In this document: one piece after another, positions 1 to 19,905 of the stretch
Position numbering within the stretch: the first letter of the stretch is position 1
Layout: each line of letters starts with the position of its first letter
Origin: the human T2T-CHM13v2.0 reference genome, Homo sapiens
NCBI RefSeq assembly: GCF_009914755.1
Contig: NC_060929.1
Length of the DNA: 64,000 nt
Strand: one strand, 5' to 3'
The notes under the pieces: generated by a model
Seen by the model: the letters and a program-made list of their open reading frames with translations, nothing else
Databases searched by the model: none
Told to the model about the DNA's origin: nothing
Position numbers and translations under genes: made by a program

Positions 1-1074
1 TTTGGCTGCACCTCTCTCACTCTCTCTTTCTTTTTCATATTTCCATCTTTAACATTTTATTTACTTGGAAGAAAAATACTGCAACATTAAGAAAGTTTTA
101 GCTGGTGTGTTTCGACCTTAGTTTTCTTGTCTTTATGAGGAGAGAGGGGAATTAGCTTTTTTCCCATTATCTTTATTAAATCACTGTTTTAGAGTTTATT
201 TGAACCCATATTTTGAAACATTTGAAAACTGCTTAAAAATGAATGTCTAATGCAGAAGGGTCACTGCAGTTTCCAGCAGTGCATCTTATAACTTCCTATT
301 CTTGATGCTGTTAGTCTGCATCCTACTGAAGAAGAGTAGACAGCTTTCTGATCTGATATATCAAATATACAGCCTCTTCTCAGTAGTATGAAACCTTTGA
401 CATTTTCATAGATATCCATGCCCTCTCGAGTCATCTGTCTTTCCTAATCCATCTACCTGTCAAGCTGTCTTTTCCAATGCAAGAAAAAGTGGTCATGATC
501 TAAAATCCTCTAGGTTTTGAGAAAAGATAAGAATAGGCTTCCATCACTGCTGAAACTAGAACCAACCTGATGATGTCAGAATAATACAGAGTTCATCTTC
601 CACAATTGCTCAGTTAATAGTAACAGGTTAATAATATGAGGAGGGCTTGTTAAGTCTTTGCTGAAGTGAAAACTGGGTTTTTCCTGCCTGATCTTGATCT
701 GTCCTAGGAACTTCTGCTTACATATCTATGACTTGAGGACATCAGGAGTCCCACATTAAGCAGCGGGAAAAGATACAGAAAAGGTGTAGACTATATATAC
801 CTACTCAAATATATTTCTTTTTCTAATTTTTTAAACAGTAAGAAGCAAAGGAAACAGGATATTTCAGGAATTATTTTATATTACTGGATGAAAATGTCTG
901 AGAACCACTACTTTTAAGCAGTATCTGTGGAAGGAAAGACATTCTCTTTTCACTTCTTGGGGCAACAGAAATTTACTTACATTTTTCATAGGAAACTCTT
1001 CAAGCTACTGAGTTCTTCTGAAGTTGTTTAAATATTGTTGCTTTATGTGTCCATGCATACACAGCGCAAGCCGG

Positions 1075-1180
1075 GAACCTCTTGAAGGGTGGAACTATAT
1101 TCATGTTGAGGTATTATCCCCCTTGCCTAGCACTATGCCTGGCGCATAGTATGGCTGAGTAATTCATGGACAAAAGAATT
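1075..1180 (+). mobile_element. L2 3' end fragment
   Basis: CCTAGCACTATGCCTGGCGCATAGTA resembles the conserved L2/MIR 3' terminus. Confidence 0.6.
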
Positions 1181-1974
1181 AAAGGTAGGTTAAGTGTTAA
1201 GAAATCTTAACTTTTTGCAGCACAAAGTATGTTTTACCTTTATAAATGCTTACTCATGGATAATGATATTTAGTGGAAAAAGTAAATTTCCCTAATTTGC
1301 TCCAAAGAGCATATACTGAAAACATTATCTAATGTTAAATCATTTAATATGTAAGGGAAAAGCCATGGGAAATAGGCAACAGATGAAACAAGATTAAAAA
1401 AATAGAAAACTATATATAATCAAGGCCTTAAGAATGGCTTTTCTAAGCTATTGCCCTTACGCTTTCTAAGTAAATGTGATAATGATGATTGGTGCTAAAG
1501 TGACATTCTTAGAATTGAAAGTCTGTGTGTCCACTCAGTGAACTGTATATTGGAAGTGATGGGTACTTACTTCCCCACTCACTGTACTAATCCCTCACTC
1601 TAATGTAAAAGGACTTGATTAATTTCATTTATAAGCCATGTCTTTTGTAACTACTCTATAGGCAAATGGTGATTGTAGCATACCCAGGACTAAATTTAAT
1701 ATGAGTAATTTATTTCCCAGTAGCTATCAATTATTAATTTTTCATTTATCACTTTTGAATTGTGAAACCCTGCAGATGTTTGAGTAGAAAGAAGTAAACT
1801 TTATTCAAATAATAATATTTAATAAAGATATTAAAGTCAATGGTGCTGTTCTTTTCATTTTTATATGCTAATATCAAGACCTCATTGCTTATGAAGCTAT
1901 CTATAATCATGCAGGGTTTTAACTTGGAACTTTTGAGGATAATAAATGGATGAGAAAAAAAATGATTGAACCCT

Positions 1975-2190
1975 TGCTCTGTAACCTTTTCTTCAGGGCC
2001 AAATACTGTACTGAATATTTTAGGCTTTCTAGGTCATATGGTTTCCATCACAACTACTCAACTCTCCCATTCTGAAAGAAGTTACAGAAAATATGTAAAA
2101 GGAACATGTCTTCGTTTCAATAAAATTTTATTTACCAAAAAAATAAAGCAGACTGGATTTGGATCATGGGCCATGTTTTTACAGACCCAT
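1975..2190 (+). mobile_element. MER58A-like hAT-Charlie MITE
   Basis: AATATTTTAGGCTTT...CAACTACTCAACTCT...CAATAAAATTTTATTTAC...GGATTTGG...GGGCCA...GACCC follows the MER58A consensus order. Confidence 0.8.
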
Positions 2191-2654
2191 ACTCCAAAAT
2201 GAGAACAAAAGCATCCCTCTTCTCAGCATATCTATCTTTAATTTTCCTTTGAGACTGTGATTCAAATCATTTCCACTCCCCCTCTCATCAGCTTCCCCTC
2301 ATTCTCTCTGTCCCTATTGTTTGTATTATATCCTGTTATCTTCTAAAATGAAGGTCTTGTTTTACCAACTACTTTTGTTAGCCATTCGAGTATATAGATT
2401 GCCTTCTTCCTTCTTTCCCTCCTCTCTTCCCTCCATTCTACCATCCCTCCCTCCTCCACATTGGTTCTTAATGGAGAAGCCAGTAGATATTTTGTTGCTA
2501 ATAATGAATTTATTTTAATTCTTGACTGTTATCTTAGGAGATATTATAAAAGTAATTATTTTATTTAAATTTCTCAAGCCCTAACATAGTAGTCGTTAAA
2601 TGCTTGTTGCTAATGAAGAGTTTAACATTTTTATCATGAAAATTTGTAAACATG

Positions 2655-2812
2655 TAAGACCAGAGAGACCTGTTAGGCAAAAGATGAGAAAGGCCTAAAC
2701 TATAGTAGTGATAGGAAAAAGATATAAAATTAAAGACTATTTAGGAAGTAGAATCAACATGATTTATTGATAGGTTGGCGATGGTGGGTGAAGGTGACTC
2801 CTAGGTTTCTCA
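2655..2812 (-). mobile_element. L2 fragment
   Basis: Degenerate match to antisense L2 (TATTTAGGAAGTAGAATCAACA...GACTCCTAGGTTTCT). Confidence 0.55.
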
Positions 2813-3096
2813 GATCCAAATTGAAACCAGGTATTTTCCAAGTAATACTGCCATACCTATTCACCAGCCTAGGCAGTTCTAAGTGGAAAAGGATTTGCAT
2901 GGAGATAGCAAAGTAAGTGGTATCTTATCTTAACTAATTATCTCTACACCTAGGAGAATTTTTATGTTCGTTTATAATAATTGTTATCTTATCCTCAAGT
3001 TATTCAACCTAAAATTATGTAAATAGTTCAAGTTATTTTTAGACATCTCTGTAAGTAAGTTTCCTGCTAGTAAGTTTCCAGACAGATTTTGTGCAG

Positions 3097-3130
3097 TTTT
3101 TGTTTGTTTGTTTGTTTGTTTGTTTGTTTG
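3097..3130. repeat. (TTTG)n microsatellite
   Basis: Direct tandem TTTG array. Confidence 0.95.
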
Positions 3131-4937
3131 GCACGACTCCTCTGTTCTTTCAGAAAAATCAGAATTTTCAGCTTCCAATTGTTTTGTGGTTTTTGGTATT
3201 TTTATTTATAAACTTGGTAGTTAGATGCTTTCTGTTTATAATTCAAAATTATAAAAAATCACTTACACAAATACTACTGTAAACTCTTTCCTTTTCTTCT
3301 TACCCCTCTCCTCCTTTTCTCAAGCCTTGGTCTACTCTGTGGTAGGCGTAGTGTTAGTTCTAACAGAGAATTCTATAATAAATAAAAATTTATTTTCCAT
3401 CAGGAGGTTTTTCATATAAAAGAAGATGTGAGACATACACATTCAACCAGAATATATAATAACATGAAATGATGAGATACCAAAGAAATTAAAGTGGCTT
3501 GAATTGGGGAAATATTTCTTTCAACAGATTGGATACATGAACTCAAAGGGAGTGTGCTGGGGGCCTTTTCTGAGTTACGGTCTCTATGCTCCCTTGGCCA
3601 CCTTGCTCTAATGGTAGCAGTGTCCCGAAGAGGTCGCCATGCTTCCAAAAATCTGTAACCTATACTGGGAGATGGAAACCTGTGAAATGATGTTTGCCAG
3701 TTTTCTTTACCGATAGATGTTGAAAAGCAATGTAGTAGTACTGACTCTAGACTTCAGTTATAAAAGAATTATTTTATCTATAGTCTTTGTTTAAAACTTG
3801 TTTCTGTTGCTTCATAGATTTTCTCTTTTCCCTTTTTATGGAGAATGCTCTGTCAGATTATTCCCCCCGCCAAAAAAAAAAAAAAATGAAAAAAAATAAC
3901 AGTGTCAATGTATTGCTTCATTTCTGTTTGAAAGTATATTTTGACAATGTGTATGTCATCTAAAATGTTAAGGAATCAATGATTCTTTCAGTTCTAAAGC
4001 CCACCTGGTGAATTAAACCAAATCTGCATCAAGTTATTCATTTAAAATGTTGCTATTTTGCCTTATTCTCTTTACATGTTGCTTGTGCTGATGTCATTGA
4101 TTATAGGCTGCCACCATATTTCGAGATAATTGTTACTGATGCAGCCTGTCTTCCTACACATAAAACATTTGCATTGCATTTTGCCTTCAGGATGTCACTC
4201 TTTGTAAGTAAAGACAAACATAGTTTGAAGACAAATGGCATTTTTAAACATAATGTCATTTTCCACTTTTTGTATGAATGAAAATTATCAGCAGTTCAGA
4301 GTAAGGACTAAAGTGAAATGAATAATAAATACGTATTTTTGTGATTATGCTTTTTAAAAAGGCCAAAGAACAGAATATGAATAGAATTTTTAAGTTTATG
4401 ATTTTGCTATTTTCTGTCGTATGTGTCAGAATTTTGGAAGGGAACCTTTCGTGAGACAATTTGTCCAGGCTTTTAGCTTTCCATTTCATCTTTCATATGA
4501 GATTTTACCTTTATTTTAAGGGACTTTGTTGGCACTACTTATTCTTTCTCAGATATAATATGTTAACTCCATTATACTTAAAATGTTACAATTCAGAAAG
4601 GTTCTTTTTCTTTCAGGAATACATTCTAGAATGGCAAACCAGAAAGATTTAATTATCTTTACCATTAAATGTTTAGTCTACTTAAGTCTATTTCTCTGTA
4701 CATTGGATGAAATCATTGTATAAGATTCTGTGGGTCAGAAGAAATAGTGACTACAGAACAATAATTCATGTGTTGGTAATTCTCTACACCCTATAATTCC
4801 ACTATTTCATGTGAAACAGGGAAATATCAAGGTCTTATAAACCATAAGGACATTGTCGTGTACTTCTATCATTTTGTGATAAACTCATATCATTCTTATG
4901 TAAAATAAGGCTTCTGGAAATAAGATTTGTATGCCTA

Positions 4938-11170
<6,233 letters not shown>

Positions 11171-11392
11171 TCTTATATTATCGATCAGACTGAAATTTAA
11201 TTCTATAATCAGTGACTGCTGGGCAAAAGAAGGTGAATTTACATTTTGATCATTGCTCCTTTTGTCTGGAGAACATTTTAACCTGTTATTGAACATCTTA
11301 GTATCTAGTTACACTGTGGGCTTATGTTGTTCTATGTTTACATTTGTATGTTTACATTATGTTTACATAGATAATGCAAGAAATATTAAAAG

Positions 11393-11683
<291 letters not shown>

Positions 11684-12032
11684 TTAAAAGGGACAAAAAA
11701 CTAGGTGCTTGGCAGTTTTCTTTACCTTTGTTATAATAAGCAATTGGAAGGAAGGCTTTCATTAACTAAATGCTGTGGGAAATTATTAGCAATATTTCCA
11801 TTAAGTGGCTTGTGCTTAGACTGTTGGTTCTTAAGGCTTATGAACTCTTCGTGTACTTGTGAGATGGAAGAAGTTATTCATTAAACCCCTTCGTAAATTG
11901 CCCAGAATGGCTTTGTGGAGCCTCCTCTCTTCCTCTGTATTCAGAAAAGTATCAGTTGTTCTTTGAAGCATAATATCTGCCAGCTTTATAATTGTTTGTC
12001 ATTTCTTAGAAGACAGACATTTTTTAATAGTT

Positions 12033-12067
<35 letters not shown>
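12033..12067. repeat. (GTT)n microsatellite
   Basis: About 11 tandem GTT units. Confidence 0.95.
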
Positions 12068-12068
<1 letters not shown>

Positions 12069-12209
12069 TGCTCCCCTTCCTGATTGACAGCAGCCTTAAA
12101 TCAAGATCTCAAAACTGTGACTCTGGGCCAGTTATTTAGGAAGAAAAACATTTAAAAGGAAGAAAATACAAGATTAGAAACATAAACATTCCTTTTAAGA
12201 TAGAAGTTG

Positions 12210-12531
<322 letters not shown>

Positions 12532-12667
12532 CTAATCAGTAGGAAAAGTCTTAAAACAAATGACTTTATTCTTTCACTAAACTTGCTGTTCTCAAGATTC
12601 TAATACCCCATGAATTAAATATTTAGAATTATTATCTGTTTTTTTTCCTTTTATATACATACATTAG

Positions 12668-12685
12668 AACTCTTTACATACTATG
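12668..12685 (+). other. Candidate 18-nt microexon
   Basis: Polypyrimidine tract plus TAG acceptor; consensus donor ATG|GTAAGT; no transcript evidence available. Confidence 0.3.
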
Positions 12686-12752
12686 GTAAGTTCCAACATT
12701 TTTGTGAAGTATTACATACTATGGTGAGTTCCAACAGTTTTGTGAAGTATTA
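12674..12752. repeat. 38-bp tandem duplication
   Basis: TTACATACTATGGT(A/G)AGTTCCAACA(T/G)TTTTGTGAAGTA present twice with 2 mismatches. Confidence 0.95.
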
Positions 12753-12994
12753 TTTGGATAATTCCATAACCATAAAATCATAATCATTGTGAAAATTAAT
12801 TGTGATTTAAATATTTTATCTATTTATGTAAGTGGTTTTACATAAATAAGTTTACTAAATTTTTCTTAAAAGTGTCTTATATTCAAACCTGTAAACATCT
12901 GTGACTAAGTTCACTGTCTCTTCCTACTGCAGTCATATTTTTAAAATAATACAATTTCAGACCATCTTTCCCTCGCCAAACTCACATATAACAC

Positions 12995-13110
12995 AGTCTA
13001 TGAAATTAGGATAATAATAGCACTTATAGAAGATTGGTGAAGATTCAGTGTAAAGTGTTTGGCACAGTGCTTAGAACATTTTAATCATTCTGTAAATGTG
13101 AGCTGGTCTT
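12995..13110 (+). mobile_element. MIR fragment
   Basis: GGATAATAATAGCAC...GTAAAGTGTTTGGCACAGTGC MIR core and tail. Confidence 0.7.
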
Positions 13111-14084
13111 AGTAGTAGCAGTATTGTTTCTGAAATGTTAAGGTAACAGAACTGGATTTTTTCTCTCTCTCTTCATATAGTCCTTCTAAAAACCTGATAT
13201 TCCCAAGTGTTTTATTTTGTAAATCATCTCATGTAAGACTTTTGAGAAATAGTTTTAGAATAAGAACATTCCCAGGTTGTTCCTAATATCCTTTTTCCTA
13301 AACTGGAAATTCTTTTTAGGCATCACCTGACTGTTTCGGGACTCTTTGTTCTTCTCCTTTGTCAGAAAGAATGAAACGGTGAAGGCTAAAACTGCTACAT
13401 CCACAGATGGCTGATTCATTTCTTAGTGCTCAGAACTTCATATCTATAGCTGTTTTTTTTTTCCTTTTCTGATACAGCCAGTAATTGGCTGAGTTCCAGA
13501 AACCATACTTTCTGTCAGACTCCCTGATCTTTTTTGGATTATCTGTGGATAATCAGAATTATGTGCTTGGAAATAATTGTAGTTCTTAGCTGTAAAACAC
13601 GAAAAAAGACGCTAAACATTCACAGTGTAGGGTGAGATAGCTGCTTAGGCACTTCCTTTCCCCCTTCCTTGCACCTGTTCATCTAGTCCCTTGGCCCCAT
13701 TTTAAGTGCACACGGAGTTAAGAACCCTGCGGTTTGCATGCTTGCTATATCTTTAAGCACTCTAGCCTTCATTCCTCTTAGAAGGGCTAGAGCAACAGGA
13801 GCAATACTCTTTTGCTTTTATCCTCTGTTTACATATTCACCTTATCCATTATACATGGAGCCACTACACAGAAAGTTCTTGGAAGAAAAAGAATTTAGGA
13901 TCTTGATTTCAGGGCTAGGCCCGTCTAAATCCAAGCATGGTTACAAGAAAATTTTGTAAATTAAAAAAATAATTTTTAATTTTCAAGAAAGGGATTGATT
14001 AATGAATAATAATTTATTGCTGATTCTGTCTCTCATGGGTGTGAACTTACAGTGAATAGAGACAAGCCTTCTCAGGTCTGATCT

Positions 14085-14400
14085 CTTTTTTCATTCAGTT
14101 AGCAGATACCGGATTGTTTATTTTGTGCCAAGTATCACACTAGGTACTGGTTGAATTGCTCCTTGTCATTATGTAACTCATCTTAGGCAAGAGAGGCAGA
14201 TAAAAAGCAGGTATAGAAACAAATAATAAGGTATACACTAGCTTTGATAAATGCTGTGATAGAACCAAACAAGGTAAAGTGTAAAGAATAAACTATATGG
14301 AAGTATAGGAAGTCAGGAAAGACTTCTGAGGAGTCTACATTTTGATGAGCACTGAGGGAGTTAGCGATGTGAAGATTAGGGAGAACAAATTTCCAGGCTG
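14085..14400 (-). mobile_element. L2 fragment
   Basis: TTCATTCA...TGTGCCAAG...CTAGGTACTGG...GTCAGGAAAGACTTC antisense L2 3' region. Confidence 0.65.
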
Positions 14401-14795
14401 TGTTACAAAGGTTATTCAGGATTTACCAACCAGCAGAAAAGGCTATAATAAGCTCTATCTTAGCCTTTCATGAAATCACGTATTTCCAATACAAAGAAAT
14501 CTAACTGCTACATTCTTGTGTTGGGAACGTTCCAAGATTATTTCTCACATGTTATAAATATGTATTGGCATTTATTGTATGCACTTCCATCTAACCATGG
14601 ATTATCTTTCAATATAGAGTTACTCTGGGGGCTTTGTCATATATCTGTATTGAATACCAATACAAAAATCCATTATTTTAAAACTGTCCACCTTTGGGGA
14701 TTATTTACACTATTTCATTAGAACATATAGTAAAGAGTTCAGAGTGTGTCTCTGTGTGTATTGTATGTCTTTATTACCTCAAATAACTATATTAA

Positions 14796-15148
<353 letters not shown>

Positions 15149-16229
15149 TCCATTTTTATTTTTAAAGATTAGAAAAATATTACTAATTAACTATATTAGG
15201 AGTCATTAAAAATGAAAATATTTTTATGTTCAAACTTAATTTTTACATTTTACTAGGGACCCAGAATCAGCCATATGTTCAGAAGTAGGCTCCTGAAAAT
15301 CAATGTATGTGTTCTGTAATTAAAAGTTATTTTTCATAATATTGAAATTCTAATTTATGTTCTTGCTAGTTTTGGTAGTATAAACACTGTTTATAGACCA
15401 ACTATTTTATCTTGTTTTTACAGTACTGCTTTATCCATATTTGATTTTAACTTTTACCAGTTCTGTTGAAAACCGTTAATCAGAAATTTTATAAGTCTTT
15501 GATTTAGCGTTTAAATTGAGATGTGGAATGTAAAAGTGGTGCTGAGCAGCTACAGTGTTGAAGGTTAAATTTATCCTAGCCATGAAAAAGAAATATATTT
15601 TCCTACCCTCTCCTTCCTTACCCAGTGATTGATCACACAAGTCAGTAGCATCATACCTTTGTGAGATATACAAGTTTTTTTTTTTTAATGAGAGACATAC
15701 TGAGAACTATTTCTTAATCATGAAATAGTATTCTTTCAGTTCCCAGATTCTCACATTTGTAAGTGTAATAATGAGTTTTGGCATACTATAAATATTTATG
15801 ACAACTTTCAATTGTAAGTTTTGGGAACCTAAAATAAGTCTTCTAAGTAAGTCATTCACAATAAACACTTTTACTATCAATATGTGATTTTAGACAGTTG
15901 CCTTTAGTCTCAGTAATGTGATGATATTTCTAATTCATACTTGGGAGTTACCTAATAAAAATCAGTGAAAAGGAGGACAGCTTGTCATCATTCTGGTGTT
16001 TACTCTCTTGTAGCATGCACTTCTCATCATGTGTTTAAGCCCCAGTGTAGCAATGCAGAATGGGGATTGTATTAAGATGTTCACACTACTATTCAGCAAT
16101 ACCCATAGGTTAACCAAGCATAAATTTCTATAGTATGTAGGTGTCAATGTACCTAAAATAATAAATACACATATTATGTAAATTTAAATGAGTTATTATT
16201 TTAATATATGGAGCATACATTTAATATAT

Positions 16230-17480
16230 TTTCAAAACTTAAAGTTTTTGTTGGAAAACTTCACAAAATGATTCTAAAGTGTGTCTGGAAAAATATGTCA
16301 CAAAAATTGAGAAAACATTGTAAAATAAAGAAGGATGAAAAAGAACTTTCCCATGTATATGTTAAAACATTTTATAAAGCTATAGTAATTAAAGCAACAG
16401 TGGGTAGACATGGATATATGTAAAAATGAGAACTATTTTTAGTGTATGTGGAAATAGTATATTGTTAAGAAATAGACTAATATATAGATAAAGATTTAGA
16501 ATACAGTAAAAATGATATTTTAAATCAGTGGATTACTTTAAATTATTGTACATAAATGGTGTTGGAACAATTATGTAACTATTGGTGGTAGAGCTGGGGT
16601 GGTGGCAGAGGAATAAAGTCAGATACTCATACCTTATCTTATAACAAAATGAATTCCGGGTGGAGAATCTTAATAAATGATTCTACTTTTTCAGCAGTTT
16701 GTTCTGTTTGAATAATAGTTATTGGAGAATATGGAAAATTTGTTACAGTTTAAGAGTTTCGTGTCACAAACATACATCTTAATTTTCCCATTAATTATTC
16801 TAAAACTTTTCATATCTATGTATACTTGTTTACCTTTAACTTGTTCTGAATCCTAAAATGGTATATTGAAGTCCTGTATCATATAGTAATTTTATTAAAA
16901 CCTCCTCGAATTTCCAAGACTCTTTGTACTTTTATTTCACTGCTTTCTACTTCCATATAACAATCAACCAGTCACTGTTAAATGATGACCTAGAAACCTG
17001 GATAAAAGGGTTTGAAACATATTCGATAAACTAAATTTTAATATTTCATGATATAAAAAGCTCTTACAAAACAAAATAAAACAAATATAAAAATGAGCAA
17101 AGAACACGAACAGTAAGTTCATTTAGAACATACTCTGATATGCTCTAGGCAGATGTATAAATTGGTACAAGGTTTTCGTATAGGAATTATTGAAATGTGT
17201 CAAACGTCTTTAAAAATGCATACCCTTTTACACAGCAATTCAACTCCTAAGAGTTTGTCTTAAGGCAATAATCAAAACATCAAATATGTGTGTTTTTAGT
17301 TGCCCATCATATTGTTGTTTATAATGACAAATTTTTGGGAAAATCCTACATCTCACATATATGAGATCCTACTTTTACTATTGAGAAATAATAACAATAC
17401 CAAATAATAGTTGTAGTATGCTGTAATTTTATAAAAATAAATTTGCATTTTCATATTTATACATGAATAGTTTAGAAGGA
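16230..17480 (+). mobile_element. Cluster of ancient L1M (L1ME-type) fragments, partly inverted
   Basis: ORF 16208-16423 (KLHKMILKCVWKN...KTFYKAIVIK) resembles L1 ORF2 C-terminal region; AAATGGTGTTGGAACAA; AGCAATTCAACTCCTAAG. Confidence 0.65.
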
Positions 17481-17749
17481 CAATGTATTAATACTTGTGC
17501 GTAGGTTTTTTTTTACATTTATACTTATGCTTCCTTTCATAGTGATTCAGAGTAGAAATACCTTTATAGTTTTACAAAACCTATCCCATTTTTAAAAAAT
17601 GATTTAAAAGATGATTAGAGATTTTTATCCCATAGTAAATATTATAGTGAAAATACATCTGATTAATGGAAAATTTGGCATTTAATATGTGACATATAAT
17701 AATTTGAGTTTTAATTGATTTTTTTCTCACATTTTGATGTTTAAGAGAA

Positions 17750-18345
17750 ACCAGTTTTCCCCTGAGAAGGCTTTTCTGTATTTTCCTTCTCTGTTGTACT
17801 ACACTATCATAACACTTATTAAAGATGCCATAGTGTATATAGTCCTCTGTTAATTTGTCTGTACTTCCTATTGGCCTTGTCCAAGATATGTAGTATGAAC
17901 TACATATGTAATTTTAAAATTTTTAGTAGCCACATTAAAAATATAAACAGAAACAAAATAAAATGATATAAAAATAAACAGATGAAATTAGTTTAAATAA
18001 TAACTCAATACAGATACATGAAAAATTTATCATTTTAACATGCAATTAGTGTGAAATTTGTTAATGAGGTATTTTACGTTTTTTTTTCTGACCACCTGCT
18101 GCCTGTTGATAAATTTTACGTTGTTTTGTCATAGAAATTTTCAAAATCTGGTGTGTATTTTTTACTTATGCACATCTCAGTTGGACTAGCTATGTTTCAG
18201 CTGTTCAGCAATCATATGTGGCTAGTGGCTGCCATACCAAACAGCACAGCCTTAGACTGTAAGCTCTGTGAGGACAAGGGAATCCTTTTTACTCCAGTGC
18301 CTAATACAGTGCCTGGAATTTAATAAACATTTTAATATTTGAATT
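17750..18345 (+). mobile_element. L2 3' end interrupted by MER33
   Basis: TAGACTGTAAGCTCTGTGAGG...GTGCCTAATACAGTGCCTGG resumes after the MITE. Confidence 0.65.
17873..18249 (+). mobile_element. MER33-like hAT-Charlie MITE
   Basis: CATATGTAATTTTAAAATTTTTAGTAGCCACATTAAAA ... ATATGTGGCTAGTGGCTGCC...ACAGCACAG. Confidence 0.85.
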
Positions 18346-19339
18346 TGCTTCCCCAAACAAGTTTATTTGCAGTTTCTAACTGTGATATCACTTGCTGTTT
18401 TATACTTCATACTTTTCATTTATATACTCATCTCTTAAATTGTGTGCTCTTCAACATAGTAACCATGTTTTATTCAGCTTTATATCTCTGACATAGAAGA
18501 CACTCAATATATGTTTGTCGCAAGGAAGTTAGAGAAGAGAGAAACTGATTTTTTACTTCAAAGAACTTTTTTCTGGTAAATCATCTCTTGAGATATTTCA
18601 CATTAAGTCTCACAAGTTCAAAATTGTAGGATTATTTAGCATTTAGCAGTAGAAATTGAAAGACCTCAACTGTTCATTTATTTGAGCTTTAGATTAAGCC
18701 ATCGAATATGGCTGATTGCTGATTTTATTTTTAAAGATCTCTAAGGATTAGAGATTTATCAGCCTTCCTTAATACAACCTTGTTCTTTGTTGAATAAATT
18801 TTACAGCTGTTGAGTTCTTCCCTGTCAATCTTAATAATCCTTTGCTGTAGCATAAGATTTTTTCCCCTGTGATCTTCAGTGGAGACAGACAATAGTTGGT
18901 TAATATTAATCATATAATGAGCTTTAGCATTAATAATATTAGTTATGATAATTACCTTAAGCTTTCTTTATCTAAAATGTAGAACATTAATTTTAACATT
19001 TACATTATTTCAATTTTTCTTTTAATATTTCAATTTTTCTTCTAATAGGAAAGATGAGATCAGTAATGTATTTATTTTTTGGGTGTGTGAGATATCTTTT
19101 CCCCACATAACTGATGTTATAAATAATGCTGATGAGTGCTTTTAGTTTGTCAGTAATAGTAACTGAGCAGCCATCATATGCCATTATGGTATTTGTTGCT
19201 AAGAACAGAAAATAATCCATATTTGTTTTCTGATGTGCTCTTAGCTAATAGTTTTGTTATTAGGTTAAGGGCCTAGGAATCATTGTTTAGCCATGTTAGT
19301 ATCATGCATACTCCTTGTTACAGTAGCCAGACATGTAAA

Positions 19340-19520
19340 TTAAAACCGCTTTGCTGTCAGACAGATCCAGTTAAAATTCAGGCTTTGCTACTTGTCCAGC
19401 ATCTTCTCAATCTCATCTATATGTTACCCATCTCATAAAGTTGTTGCAAGAATTATATGAGATAAATGTACCTAAAGTATGTGTCTACAGTAAATATGCA
19501 ACAAGCAGTTACTTTTATTA
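19340..19520 (+). mobile_element. MIR
   Basis: GCTTTGCTGTCAGACAGA...CTCATAAAGTTGTTGCAAGAATTATATGAGATAA. Confidence 0.7.
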
Positions 19521-19774
19521 TCATCAATATTATTATCTTTTCTAAAGAAACAACCAAATACTTTGTTGTCGGCATTGGGATCTAAATGCTGGGCATCTTC
19601 ACAAACTTAAAAATTACCCAATTCCCAAAAATAAAACCAAAATAGGCAACCGGTACTAAGCCAAATATCACATCTGATATTATGGGCTGTGATTTCTCAA
19701 TCTTTTTCCATAAGAAAAATATAAGAAAGAGGAAATTCCTGAAAAGGGGCAACTAAAATTAAAATACAGCTAAG

Positions 19775-19905
19775 GCATTCAGTTTATTTATTCATTTAAT
19801 CTATTGAGTGCTTACTATGTGGCAGGAGCTATTCTAGGAACTTGGGATGCATCAGTGAACAAAACAAAAATTCCTTCATTATAGTCTTTCTAGTGAAATT
19901 TAGAC
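19775..19905 (-). mobile_element. L2 3' end
   Basis: TATTGAGTGCTTACTATGTGGCAGG...ATTCTAGG. Confidence 0.75.

Noticed and set aside
3528-3700. GC-richer island after a TTTCTTTCAACAG acceptor
   Set aside because: No clear donor, stops in all plus frames, and no recognisable peptide on either strand.
13590-13745. Slight CpG enrichment as a possible promoter
   Set aside because: Only a few CpGs; far from CpG-island density, with no core promoter pattern.
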